Notes under the pieces: generated by a model | Database searches by the model: none | The model's input: the letters and a program-made list of their open reading frames with translations, nothing else | Told to the model about the DNA's origin: nothing | Origin: an uncultured Gemmatimonadaceae bacterium | Lineage (GTDB): Bacteria > Gemmatimonadota > Gemmatimonadetes > Gemmatimonadales > GWC2-71-9 | NCBI GenBank assembly: GCA_964578865.1 | Contig: CAZOES010000002.1 | Span: 31,243 to 95,242 of the forward strand | DNA length: 64,000 bases | Direction of reading: 5' to 3' | Shown here: piece by piece, positions 46,828 to 55,397 of the stretch | How positions within the stretch are numbered: position 1 is the first letter of the stretch | Layout of the letters: every line of letters begins with the position of its first letter | Program-made: the position numbers and the translations under genes

Positions 46828-48798
46828 CTACAACAACTCGTGCAGCCCCGCGGTCTGCAGCAACCGCGCGTAGCGTGGATCAATCGCAAGCCCGTGATAA
46901 TCGTAGGGCAAGTCGGTCAGGATCCTCCGCAGTCTCCCCGGCCGCCGGTGATAGGCCCGCTCCACCCAGTCCATCGCCTGCCGCCACTCGCCCAGTTCGG
47001 CCAGCACGATGATCACCTTGTCGGAGAGCTGCCGGCTGCCGGCCTTGTCCTGAAAGGGATCCTCCACCTCGCCCCGCGCCAGTAACGCAGCCAGCTCGGC
47101 ACGCAGGTCGGCTTCCCGCGCGGCACTCCATCCTTCGCTCGCCATCCTGGCATCCAGCGCCGCCATCCGGGCGGTCTCCTGACGGGTCCCCAGCATGGCG
47201 CGGCGGGCCGCCAGGGCCTCGTCGTGGCGGCCGGCCCGGTGACAGCTCATCTCCAACCGCTCCCGGGCCGCGTCATACCCGGGAGAGAGACGCAGCGCCT
47301 CGCGCAGCGGCCGGATCGCTTCGTCGTAGCGGCCCATCGTCATCAACACGTCGGCCAGGCCGACCCACATGAACGGTGCCTTGGGCGCCATATCGACTGC
47401 GGCCCGCATCTCGGCCAGTGACTCCTCCAGCCGGCCGGCGATCTTGAGCCACGCCCCGTAGAGCCGGCGAGCCGGCGGATTGTCGGGTGAGAGCTCGGCC
47501 CCGCGCTTGAGTTCGGCCCCACCCATCTCGAATTCATCATCCCAGTAGAGGAAGGTGGTCCCCAGCGCGGTGTGGACCTCGCCCACACTGTCGTCGAGCG
47601 CCAGTGCCTTCATTCGCATCTCTTTTGCGGTCTGCTCCGCTGCCGGCAGCGGAGTAAAGCCGCGAATGCCCAGTACGTGGATGACGTCGGAAAGCGCCAC
47701 CAGCACCTGAGGATTCTCGGGGGAAAGGGCGTGGGCTTTCTCGAGATAGATCTTGGCCAGCTCCAGCTTGTCGCGGGTGCCGGCGCCGCCATGCATCGAG
47801 GCGGTGTAGATCGAGATCCCCTTGTGGTAATAGCTCAGCGCGTCGACTGCACCGATCCAGAAGGCGCCCAAGGGCGGCGGAGGCATCGGCTCGGGAGTCG
47901 AAGGGCGGCCGCCCTTGTTCACCACCCGGGTGGGGGAAGGAGTCTCACCCGACGTGCTCCCGACCCGGCGCAGCCGGTCGAGCACCGCGGCGGCGTTGGG
48001 TGGACGATCGTCCCGCTTCTTCGACATCAGGTCGCGCACCAGCGAATCCAGCTCCTCGGAGACTTCCGGGCGATGGGTCCGCACCGAGGGGATCGGCTGG
48101 GTGACGTGAGCCACGATCAGGGCCATCGACGTGGGGGCCTGAAACGGGGTCTTGCCGGTGAGCAACTCGAACATCATACAGCCGAGGCTGTAGAGATCGG
48201 TCCGGCCGTCGAGACTGGAGACCCGTGCCTCGGCCTGCTCGGGACTCAGGTAGTGCGGGGTGCCCACCACCAGGCCATTCTCCGTAAGCCGGCTCCGGTC
48301 GCCCGACTCTTCGGCCGAATAGGCCACGCCGAAATCGGCCAGCAGGGCGCGACCCCGATAACAGAAGATGTTCTCCGGTTTGACGTCCCGATGCACCGCG
48401 CCCATCGCGTGGGCGTAGCCCAGCGCTTCAGCCAGATCAGTGACGATCCGAATGACTTCCTGGATCCCCATGGCGCCCTCGCGCTCCAGCCGCTGGCGCA
48501 GGGTAGGGCCGTCGATGAACGGCATGACGTAGTACAGCGAGTCGCCCACCTGGCCCGAATCGAACAGGGGGACCAGGTTGGGGTGCACCAGTCTGGCGGT
48601 GAGGTGGATTTCCCGGCTGAAACGTTCGGCTCCCAGCGCCGAGGAGATTTCCGGGCTCAGGATCTTGAGGGCGACCGCCCGATCCAGCCGGGTATCGTGG
48701 GCCAGAAGCACGGTGCCCATACCCCCGCGGCCAAGCTCCTGCTTCACATCGAAGCGGTGTTTCAGCGCGGCGCGGACATCGACTGGCGACTTTGCCAT
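46828..48798 (-). CDS. Hanks-type Ser/Thr kinase with C-terminal TPR domain
   Basis: LGRGGMGTV, VALK, HRDVKPEN, LADFG, GTPHYLSPE; TPR helices after a Pro-rich linker. Confidence 0.92.
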   Translation of the reverse strand: MAKSPVDVRAALKHRFDVKQELGRGGMGTVLLAHDTRLDRAVALKILSPEISSALGAERFSREIHLTARLVHPNLVPLFDSGQVGDSLYYVMPFIDGPTLRQRLEREGAMGIQEVIRIVTDLAEALGYAHAMGAVHRDVKPENIFCYRGRALLADFGVAYSAEESGDRSRLTENGLVVGTPHYLSPEQAEARVSSLDGRTDLYSLGCMMFELLTGKTPFQAPTSMALIVAHVTQPIPSVRTHRPEVSEELDSLVRDLMSKKRDDRPPNAAAVLDRLRRVGSTSGETPSPTRVVNKGGRPSTPEPMPPPPLGAFWIGAVDALSYYHKGISIYTASMHGGAGTRDKLELAKIYLEKAHALSPENPQVLVALSDVIHVLGIRGFTPLPAAEQTAKEMRMKALALDDSVGEVHTALGTTFLYWDDEFEMGGAELKRGAELSPDNPPARRLYGAWLKIAGRLEESLAEMRAAVDMAPKAPFMWVGLADVLMTMGRYDEAIRPLREALRLSPGYDAARERLEMSCHRAGRHDEALAARRAMLGTRQETARMAALDARMASEGWSAAREADLRAELAALLARGEVEDPFQDKAGSRQLSDKVIIVLAELGEWRQAMDWVERAYHRRPGRLRRILTDLPYDYHGLAIDPRYARLLQTAGLHELL

Positions 48799-48859
48799 GG
48801 GCGACTAAGATACCCCCCGCCAAGAACATGCGGAACTTCCGTCCACATCCTCCTCGGCC

Positions 48860-49153
48860 ATGATCTACCATATCGTGTGTTTCCGGTTCAAACCCGACAC
48901 GCCCGCCGAAGCGATTGCGGCAGCCGGAGCGGCGCTGAAGGCGATGAATGGGAAGATCCCGGGGATCGAGGGGGTGCTCTGGGGTCCGAATCTGGGGCCG
49001 AGCGCCGCCGAGTATTCGCACGTCCTGACTGTCATGCTGGACAGTATGGACAGTTTGACGCCTTATCTGGAGCATCCGGTACACAAGGCTGTCATCGCGG
49101 ATCACCTGGCGCCGATCCGGATAGCTCGTTTTGCGATTGATATTGAGGTGTAG
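48860..49153 (+). CDS. Dabb (stress-responsive A/B barrel) family protein
   Basis: MIYHIVCFRFK, G.IPGI....G.N, YLEHPVH, D.E. Confidence 0.85.
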   Translation: MIYHIVCFRFKPDTPAEAIAAAGAALKAMNGKIPGIEGVLWGPNLGPSAAEYSHVLTVMLDSMDSLTPYLEHPVHKAVIADHLAPIRIARFAIDIEV

Positions 49154-49163
49154 AACTAGACCT

Positions 49164-49245
49164 ACGTCATCCCGACCGTAGCGAGGGAACTGCTCCGGGC
49201 TGAGAGGATCCTTCCATCTCGCTTCGCTCGATGTCAGGATGACGT
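49164..49245. repeat. GTCATCC-type palindromic intergenic repeat, copy 2
   Basis: ACGTCATCCCGACCGTAGCGAGGGAA...TCGCTTCGCTCG..GTCAGGATGACGT; 9-bp terminal inverted repeat ACGTCATCC/GGATGACGT. Confidence 0.75.
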
Positions 49246-49260
49246 GAACCTTGGTGAGCC

Positions 49261-50862
49261 ATGATCGCCACGCTGCTACTTGCCATCCAAGTCGCCCAGG
49301 ACCCGCTCGCGGTCCGGGCCGACACCCTGCGCCCTCGGCACGACGCGATTCATCACGACATCACCATTGTCGTGAGTGATACCAGCACTCACATACTCGG
49401 CATGGTTCAAACCACCTGGTTGCTCAAGTCGGCTGAGCCGGTGGAAGTGCAGCTCGATTCGGCGTTCCGGGTGATCCGGGTGCTTACCGATGGTGAGGGC
49501 GATACCCGGATGGGCCGGATCACCTTCGCCATCAATCCGGGCGGGGGAGTGTACATCCCCCACAAGAAACAGGCGGGCGATACGCTGCACACCACCATTC
49601 GGTATCACGGACCAGTGACCGATGGTCTGGTCTTCGGCACCGACCCAGCCGGGCGCCGTACCCTGTTCGCCGACAACTGGCCCGACCGGGCCCATCGCTG
49701 GCTCCCCATCGAGGATCATCCCAGCGACAAGGCAACCGTCACGTTTCACGTAGAGGTCCCGGCGGGCATGCAGGTGATCGCCAATGGGGTGCGCTGGAAG
49801 ATCGACTCGTTGCCCCGCGGCAAGACGGTCTGGCACTTCGATATGAAGCAGCGGATCTCGACCTACGGCATGGTGATCGGGGCCGGCCGACTGGCGACCA
49901 CCGATCTTCCCGATGCGGCCTGCGATATCAAGTGTGTTCCGGTATCGGTGGTGACGTATCCGGAGGATTCAGCCTGGGCCGTGAACGGACCGTTCAAGCG
50001 GGCGGGGGAAATCGTTACCTGGTTCAGTTCGCTGGTGGGGCCCTTTCCCTATGACCGGCTCTCTCACGTCCAGTCCACCACGATCTTCGGGGGAATGGAG
50101 AATCCTACCGCCATCTTCTACGACACCAAAGCCTACAGCAGCAAGAAGCTGAGTGAAGAAACCGTGGCGCACGAAACCGCCCATCAATGGTTCGGCGACG
50201 CGGCCACCGAGGACGACTGGCATCATCTCTGGCTGTCGGAGGGGTTCGCGACCTACTTCGGCGCCCTGTGGGTTCGCCATGTAAGTGGCGACACCGCTTT
50301 CAAGCGCCGGATGCAGGAACACCGGACCGCAGTGATCAACTCCAAGGTTACTACCAGACCGATCATCGACACCGCGGCGAAAGATCTGATGGGGTTGCTG
50401 AACACCAACAACTATCCCAAGGGCGCCTGGGTTCTGCACTCGCTCAGGGGGATGCTGGGCGATTCGGCTTTCTTCGGCGCTCTCCGGCAGTATTACCTGC
50501 TCTACCGCGACAGTACCGCTTTGACGTCCGATCTGGTGCAGGTGGTCAACCGGGTCGCGGGGAAGGACCTCACCTGGTATTTCGTGCAGGCGCTGACCCA
50601 GCCGGGATACCCCAGGCTGGACGTGAGCTATTCGCTCAAGAAGGGCAAGCTGGCCATCACGGTGAAGCAGGTGCAGCCGGCCGAATGGGGGATGTACCGG
50701 ATCCCTGGCCTGGTCATTCAGGTGGACGGGAAGCCGGTAAAGGTTGATCTGACCGGTGCGACGGCGACGGTTTCGGTTGCCATGAGGAAGCCGCCGAAGC
50801 AGGTGGTGGTCGATCCGGCCGGGTGGTGGCTGATGGAAGCGAATGTGGCGGAGGCCAGGTGA
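49261..50862 (+). CDS. M1 family aminopeptidase, secreted
   Basis: GGMEN, HETAHQW...WLSEGFA (HExxH-x18-E), NNYPKG. Confidence 0.92.
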   Translation: MIATLLLAIQVAQDPLAVRADTLRPRHDAIHHDITIVVSDTSTHILGMVQTTWLLKSAEPVEVQLDSAFRVIRVLTDGEGDTRMGRITFAINPGGGVYIPHKKQAGDTLHTTIRYHGPVTDGLVFGTDPAGRRTLFADNWPDRAHRWLPIEDHPSDKATVTFHVEVPAGMQVIANGVRWKIDSLPRGKTVWHFDMKQRISTYGMVIGAGRLATTDLPDAACDIKCVPVSVVTYPEDSAWAVNGPFKRAGEIVTWFSSLVGPFPYDRLSHVQSTTIFGGMENPTAIFYDTKAYSSKKLSEETVAHETAHQWFGDAATEDDWHHLWLSEGFATYFGALWVRHVSGDTAFKRRMQEHRTAVINSKVTTRPIIDTAAKDLMGLLNTNNYPKGAWVLHSLRGMLGDSAFFGALRQYYLLYRDSTALTSDLVQVVNRVAGKDLTWYFVQALTQPGYPRLDVSYSLKKGKLAITVKQVQPAEWGMYRIPGLVIQVDGKPVKVDLTGATATVSVAMRKPPKQVVVDPAGWWLMEANVAEAR

Positions 50863-51656
50863 GGGGAAGGCGGACAGGCGGACAGACGGACACACGGACA
50901 TTACTCTGGTGCCTGGCTTTGATGTCCATTGTCGCTTGTCGAGGGACTCTCTCGCCGCTGTCGAACAAGCTCAAGATCGGGCAGGACTCGTATTTCGTCT
51001 TTGTCGCGGATGGGGAAGACGGGAAGGGAGATCTGTTTGCCTCGCCGGCGGAGGGAGGCAATGCGTTTCAGGTCACGTTCACCCGAGTCGATGAGCGGGT
51101 CCCGGCGCTTTCCCCGGACGGATCGATCCTGGCATTCCTGCGCAGCCGCAGCGCGGAGGACTCGAACTCTTCGCTGGTCATCCTGAATCTGTTGAATGGG
51201 GCCGAGCGTCGAACCGACGCGCCTGCCGGAGCGAGTGCGGTGGCGTGGTCGCAGGACGGTACTTCTATCCTGGTGCGGACTCCATCGGGGATCGGCAGCA
51301 CGGCAGCCCCGCCCCAGCCGCTCGCCCTGGCACCGGTTTCGGGGGCCGAACTGGCAATCGCCGACTCCGCCTTTCGCGCCACTTTCGGCGATCCTCCTCT
51401 GGGTGAGGTGCTCACCTGTTCGTCCGGCCGAGGGGTGTGCGCTCGTCTTACCAGCGGCGATTCGCTGACTCTGGCTCCAGAGGGGTCCCAGCCGGTAAGC
51501 TGGAGCAGTGATTCGGTGGCCTATCTGGAGGGCGGAGCGTTCGTGGTACGGCCGTTGGCGGGAGGTCGGACCCGGACGATCCGGTGGAGTACTCAGGTCA
51601 GGAACCCGAGGGGGCTGACGTACTTCCCAGGGAACTACGTGAAGCGTGAAAAGTAA
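50859..51656 (+). CDS. TolB-like (PD40) lipoprotein
   Basis: Probable GTG start overlapping the upstream TGA; lipobox IVAC; ALSPDGSILAF, WSQDGTSI. Confidence 0.65.
   Translation: MRGRRTGGQTDTRTLLWCLALMSIVACRGTLSPLSNKLKIGQDSYFVFVADGEDGKGDLFASPAEGGNAFQVTFTRVDERVPALSPDGSILAFLRSRSAEDSNSSLVILNLLNGAERRTDAPAGASAVAWSQDGTSILVRTPSGIGSTAAPPQPLALAPVSGAELAIADSAFRATFGDPPLGEVLTCSSGRGVCARLTSGDSLTLAPEGSQPVSWSSDSVAYLEGGAFVVRPLAGGRTRTIRWSTQVRNPRGLTYFPGNYVKREK
50869..50900. repeat. Solo tandem 8-mer arm (GGCGGACA-type x4)
   Basis: GGCGGACA GGCGGACA GACGGACA CACGGACA just after the M1 stop. Confidence 0.7.
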
Positions 51657-51718
51657 AAAGTGAAAAGGGGTTCCTAACCGATCCACGTTTCACTTTTCAC
51701 GTTTCACTTTTCACGTAG
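51636..51718. repeat. Tandem-heptamer inverted-arm element (GTGAAAA / TTTTCAC)
   Basis: CTACGTGAAGC GTGAAAA GTAAAAA GTGAAAA ... GTTTCAC TTTTCAC GTTTCAC TTTTCACGTAG; the left arm supplies the TAA stop; convergent genes. Confidence 0.85.
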
Positions 51719-51726
51719 TTGGCGTT

Positions 51727-52344
51727 CTAGTTCCCCGCCCCCGCAGTCGGCTTCGCCGCAATCGCGTCCCACGCGGCCTCGAGCGCCATGTTCACCGGTG
51801 CACTCTCCGCAGTCCACTCGCCCGAAGCAACCCGCTCAGCCGCATAGCCAACGATCGCCAGCCACACCGAGGCCCAAAGCTCGGCCGGGCCGGGCCTGAC
51901 CTGTCCATCGGACTTCCCCATCGCCACCAGCTGGACCAATCCATCCACAAAATCGCGTCGCAATCCCCGGCTCTGCTGATCCAGGAAGGGCTCGTGTGCG
52001 GTGGAGAGGAGCATGTGGATGATCGGGGGGTCGGCCGCTGCCGTATCGGTGAGGGTCTTGGCCAGCAGGGCGAGCCGCTCGGGGCCTCGGCGCAGCCGGT
52101 CGCTGTCGAACCCTTGGATGACTCCGACCGCCCACCGATGGGCTCGGCGATACACCTCGTTGAGGAGATGCTCTTTGCTGGTGAAGTGCCGGTAGATGGT
52201 TCCTTCCGCCACTCCGGCGCGTTCAGCCAGCGCAGGCGTGGTGGTACTCAGAAAGCTGCTGGCTCCGTACAACTCCAGCGCGGCGCGCAACAGGCGCTCT
52301 TTGGTGGCCTCACCGTCTCGGCGGGTGGTGCGGGCGGTGGTCAT
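51727..52344 (-). CDS. TetR/AcrR family transcriptional regulator
   Basis: TKERLLRAALELY...TTT..LAERAGVAEGTIYRHFTSKE.L. Confidence 0.92.
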   Translation of the reverse strand: MTTARTTRRDGEATKERLLRAALELYGASSFLSTTTPALAERAGVAEGTIYRHFTSKEHLLNEVYRRAHRWAVGVIQGFDSDRLRRGPERLALLAKTLTDTAAADPPIIHMLLSTAHEPFLDQQSRGLRRDFVDGLVQLVAMGKSDGQVRPGPAELWASVWLAIVGYAAERVASGEWTAESAPVNMALEAAWDAIAAKPTAGAGN

Positions 52345-52355
52345 GGGGGAAATAA

Positions 52356-52387
52356 GGGCGGAAGGGCGGAAGGGCGGAAGGGCGGAA
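52356..52387. repeat. Perfect solo (GGGCGGAA)x4 array, G-quadruplex-compatible
   Basis: Four exact copies; GGG-N5-GGG-N5-GGG-N5-GGG. Confidence 0.85.
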
Positions 52388-52435
52388 CGAGGGAACTCAC
52401 GAAGTCTTCATGGAACCCCTACCATCCCCTGCTAG

Positions 52436-52452
52436 TTTCAACTGAACTGAAA
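52436..52452. promoter_or_regulatory. Candidate TetR operator
   Basis: TTTCA-ACTGAAC-TGAAA palindrome in the divergent tetR/thioredoxin gap. Confidence 0.25.
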
Positions 52453-52468
52453 TGTCGAGGGTGTGGAC

Positions 52469-53002
52469 ATGCTGGACTTCGGATCTCTCTGGCAGCAGGC
52501 GCTGCCTTTTCATGACTACGTCGCCACCACGGCCGAGCAGCATCGCGGGCTGTGGGAAGGCGTGTACCGGCTCGCTCGGGTGCCGGAGTGGGCTGGATCG
52601 GTGATTCCGTCGGGGCAGACTCGCCACCTTCTGGTCATCGCTGAGGATTGGTGCGGAGACGCGGTGAACACCGTCCCGGTGCTGCAGAAATGGGTCGAGG
52701 CGGTGCCCAGTCTATCACTCCGGGTCCTGCAGCGGGATCAGAATCCGGAGTTGATGAACCGGTATCTGACCAACGGTTCCCGGTCGATCCCGATCGTGAT
52801 TGGACTGGACGAGGATTTCAACGAGCTGGGCCATTGGGGCCCCCGGCCCACTGAACTGCAGGCCTGGGTTATGGCGAACAAGGACACCATGCCCAAGCCT
52901 GAGCGGTACAAGGAGGTTCGTCGGTGGTACGCGCGCGACCACGGCGAGAGCACGATCCGGGAAGTGGCGGCAGCCCTGGAGGTTCGGCAAAGCGTCCCGT
53001 AA
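52469..53002 (+). CDS. Thioredoxin-like protein with single-Cys WCGD motif
   Basis: LVIAEDWCGDA, RDQNPELM..YLTNGSRSIP, WGPRP; ATG 52469 follows GAGGG. Confidence 0.85.
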   Translation: MLDFGSLWQQALPFHDYVATTAEQHRGLWEGVYRLARVPEWAGSVIPSGQTRHLLVIAEDWCGDAVNTVPVLQKWVEAVPSLSLRVLQRDQNPELMNRYLTNGSRSIPIVIGLDEDFNELGHWGPRPTELQAWVMANKDTMPKPERYKEVRRWYARDHGESTIREVAAALEVRQSVP

Positions 53003-53010
53003 TCGGCTGC

Positions 53011-53040
53011 CGCCATCCCGAGCGGAGCGAGGGATCCCTC
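53011..53040. repeat. GTCATCC-type repeat, half copy (copy 3)
   Basis: CGCCATCCCGAGCGGAGCGAGGGATCCC resembles the left halves of 33895 and 49164; between convergent genes. Confidence 0.55.
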
Positions 53041-53045
53041 AAAGC

Positions 53046-54218
53046 CTAGAACGACCAGCCCGATCCCGCGCTGAACTGGAACCCGTCTGGACCGCCGGCG
53101 AAGTTGAAGGTCCAGATGGTGAAACGCAGTATCCTGATCGCTAACCCGCCGCCCGCGCCCACCTTCATATCCTCAGTGGTCAGCTTGAAATCTTCCTGCT
53201 CGAAGACCCGGCTGGCATCGACGAATCCAAACAGAGTGAAGGCCCCGAAATCGCCCAGGTCCAGCAGATTGTGGCGAACTTCGGCGCTGGACAGCAGCAC
53301 GCCCTTGCCGACCAGCCGCTGAAAGGCGAGCCCCCGGTTGGAATTGGTGCCACCCACCACATTCACTTCACCTTCCCACACCGGCATTTCGTAGCGGGCG
53401 TTGAGCGGCGCCTTGCTGGAGAGACCCGAGCCGGCCACCCGCGCAGCCAGCACCGTCCCTTCCCGGATAGAGACGTAGCCACGGACATCGGCAGTGATAC
53501 GTGAGTATCCGTCACCGCCGGTGCCCCCACCCACCGAGGCCTGGGCGAAGAGACCGTTGGTGGTATTGAACTCATTGTTCCGGGTATCGAGCACCAGACT
53601 AACCCGACCGCGGACGTCGGTGTCGGTCACATCCTTGGTACCGAAGTCGGTGCGAAAGAGCGAAGGATCCGAGAGATCGCCCAGGTTGCTGTGCTCCACG
53701 CCGCCCGCGCCGGCTATCCAGAGCGGCCCCTTGATCCGTCGGGAAATTTCCAGATTGCCGAAATAGCGGGTCCGCCGAGCCTCGTAGTAGTGCGGCTGGC
53801 TCTTGGTGACCAGATCCTCGTCGTTCCTGGTGTCGTTGCCGAGACCGAAGTAACCGAAGCGGGTCTCCCGGGTCGTTCCCAGGTTGGCCAGCAGGCGCCA
53901 ATCTTTCTTGAGTAGCGGCGCGTGGAACCGGGCGACCGCCATCCGTGCACCGGTGAATCCCTGGCCCAGATCGATCGAAAACAATCCGGCGTAGTTGGAC
54001 CGGGCGAAGTAGTCAGCCGCCTTCCGCTCCTCCAGGTGCAGCGCGATCAGAGGAAAGTTGTTTCCCAGCGACGGGAAGAACGGATAGAAGCTGTTCCTCC
54101 AGGGCGCGTCGTTGGGTTCGTCCTGAGCGGCGAGTGTGCCGGGACTGATTGCCAGCCCGAGTGCGAGCCCGCCGGCCAGCCAGCGCAGCGTCTTCCCCGG
54201 ACGAGTGACCTGAATCAT
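53046..54218 (-). CDS. Omp85 (BamA/TamA) family outer-membrane barrel without POTRA domains
   Basis: Signal peptide; alternating beta strands; LDTRNNEFNTTNG, NRGLAFQR, SAEVRH, GFVDASRV, GAGGGL, C-terminal Phe. Confidence 0.8.
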   Translation of the reverse strand: MIQVTRPGKTLRWLAGGLALGLAISPGTLAAQDEPNDAPWRNSFYPFFPSLGNNFPLIALHLEERKAADYFARSNYAGLFSIDLGQGFTGARMAVARFHAPLLKKDWRLLANLGTTRETRFGYFGLGNDTRNDEDLVTKSQPHYYEARRTRYFGNLEISRRIKGPLWIAGAGGVEHSNLGDLSDPSLFRTDFGTKDVTDTDVRGRVSLVLDTRNNEFNTTNGLFAQASVGGGTGGDGYSRITADVRGYVSIREGTVLAARVAGSGLSSKAPLNARYEMPVWEGEVNVVGGTNSNRGLAFQRLVGKGVLLSSAEVRHNLLDLGDFGAFTLFGFVDASRVFEQEDFKLTTEDMKVGAGGGLAIRILRFTIWTFNFAGGPDGFQFSAGSGWSF

Positions 54219-55249
54219 GAGTCAGCCTTATCGAAGAGAAATGCCGTGTCACGCAGCGAAGTGGTGCCATCGTATGCGGCGTACCGGCTGGGATAAATCG
54301 AGGCGCTCCCCACTTCGCCCTTCTTGTTGAGAGCGTAGAAGTTGAGCTGATACCGGGGCCGCCCGTTGGGATTGAGCAGCCGTGGCGGAGTCAGCGAAAT
54401 GACCCGCTTGAGAGTCTCCAGCGCCGCATCGGTCGGGCTCTTCCCCCGGCGCATGAAGTCTACCGTCAGGAAACTGCCGCAGGCCATGATGTTCGCCTCA
54501 CCGAGCCCGGTGGAACCCGCCGCCCCGATTTCGTTATCGGTGTACTGACCGGCTCCGATGATCGGAGAATCCCCCGCCCGTCCGGCGATCTTGAATGCCA
54601 GACCGCTCGTGGTTGTGATCGAAGAAATCTCACCCTGCCGGTTCACCAGATTGAGATTGCAGGTGCCGGTGGGCCGAGCCATCGGAGGGGCCGACTCGGG
54701 GACGTCGAGATAATCGTCTTCGTGACCCCGGTTGGCCCGCCAGCGCAACCACTTCTCCCGGGAAGACTGGGTCAGCAGGTCCTCCTCCTTGAACCCGTAG
54801 GAGAGGGCGAACTTCTTGGCGCCTTCTCCGACCAGCAGAACATGATCGGTGTACTTGAGAACCAGCCGGGCCACTTCGCTCGGGGTCTTGATCCCCTCGA
54901 GCGCCGCCACCGCACCGGCCCGCTTGCTGGGCCCATGCATGCAGGAGGCATCCAGCTGCACCACGCCGTCTTCGTTGGGAAGCCCACCGTAGCCGACTGA
55001 ATCATCGGTGGGATCCAGCTCGGTGATCTTTACTCCCTCGACGATCGCATCCAGCGTGTCGGTTCCCCCTTCCACCAGCCGGATCGCCAGCGAGATCCCC
55101 CGTTCCGAGTTGGCCGATCCGACCGCTGCCGGACGGCTTGCCGTTGGAATGATGATGCTCGGCGGGGCGACCGGACGTACCAGTGCGCCGGCGGCGAGTG
55201 CGGCTCCAGTCTGGCCCAGAAAATCCCGGCGACTGACGGAATCAGACAC
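54215..55249 (-). CDS. Tat-exported N(4)-(beta-N-acetylglucosaminyl)-L-asparaginase / isoaspartyl peptidase (Ntn hydrolase)
   Basis: SRRDFL twin-Arg signal; SVGYGGLPNEDG.VQLDA.CM, TDH.LLVGEGA, GT nucleophile site, TTTSGLAFKI.GRAGDSPIIGAG. Start probably GTG 55249 (GGAG upstream); track start is 55261. Confidence 0.88.
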   Translation of the reverse strand: MSDSVSRRDFLGQTGAALAAGALVRPVAPPSIIIPTASRPAAVGSANSERGISLAIRLVEGGTDTLDAIVEGVKITELDPTDDSVGYGGLPNEDGVVQLDASCMHGPSKRAGAVAALEGIKTPSEVARLVLKYTDHVLLVGEGAKKFALSYGFKEEDLLTQSSREKWLRWRANRGHEDDYLDVPESAPPMARPTGTCNLNLVNRQGEISSITTTSGLAFKIAGRAGDSPIIGAGQYTDNEIGAAGSTGLGEANIMACGSFLTVDFMRRGKSPTDAALETLKRVISLTPPRLLNPNGRPRYQLNFYALNKKGEVGSASIYPSRYAAYDGTTSLRDTAFLFDKADS

Positions 55250-55397
55250 GGACGGCTCCACGTATAGGGAAGGGGAAAGCGGTCGTGAGGCAGGGATTTA
55301 GACACCGGTCGGCGCTCCTGTCAACTTGCCGCGCCGCCGGCCGCTTCCTAAGTTGCCGCGACCTCTCACCGGTATCGATTCTCCCTCAACACCCGCC

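Noticed and set aside
47572-49140. 522-aa plus-strand ORF opposite the kinase-TPR gene
   Set aside because: Antisense shadow crossing two supported genes.
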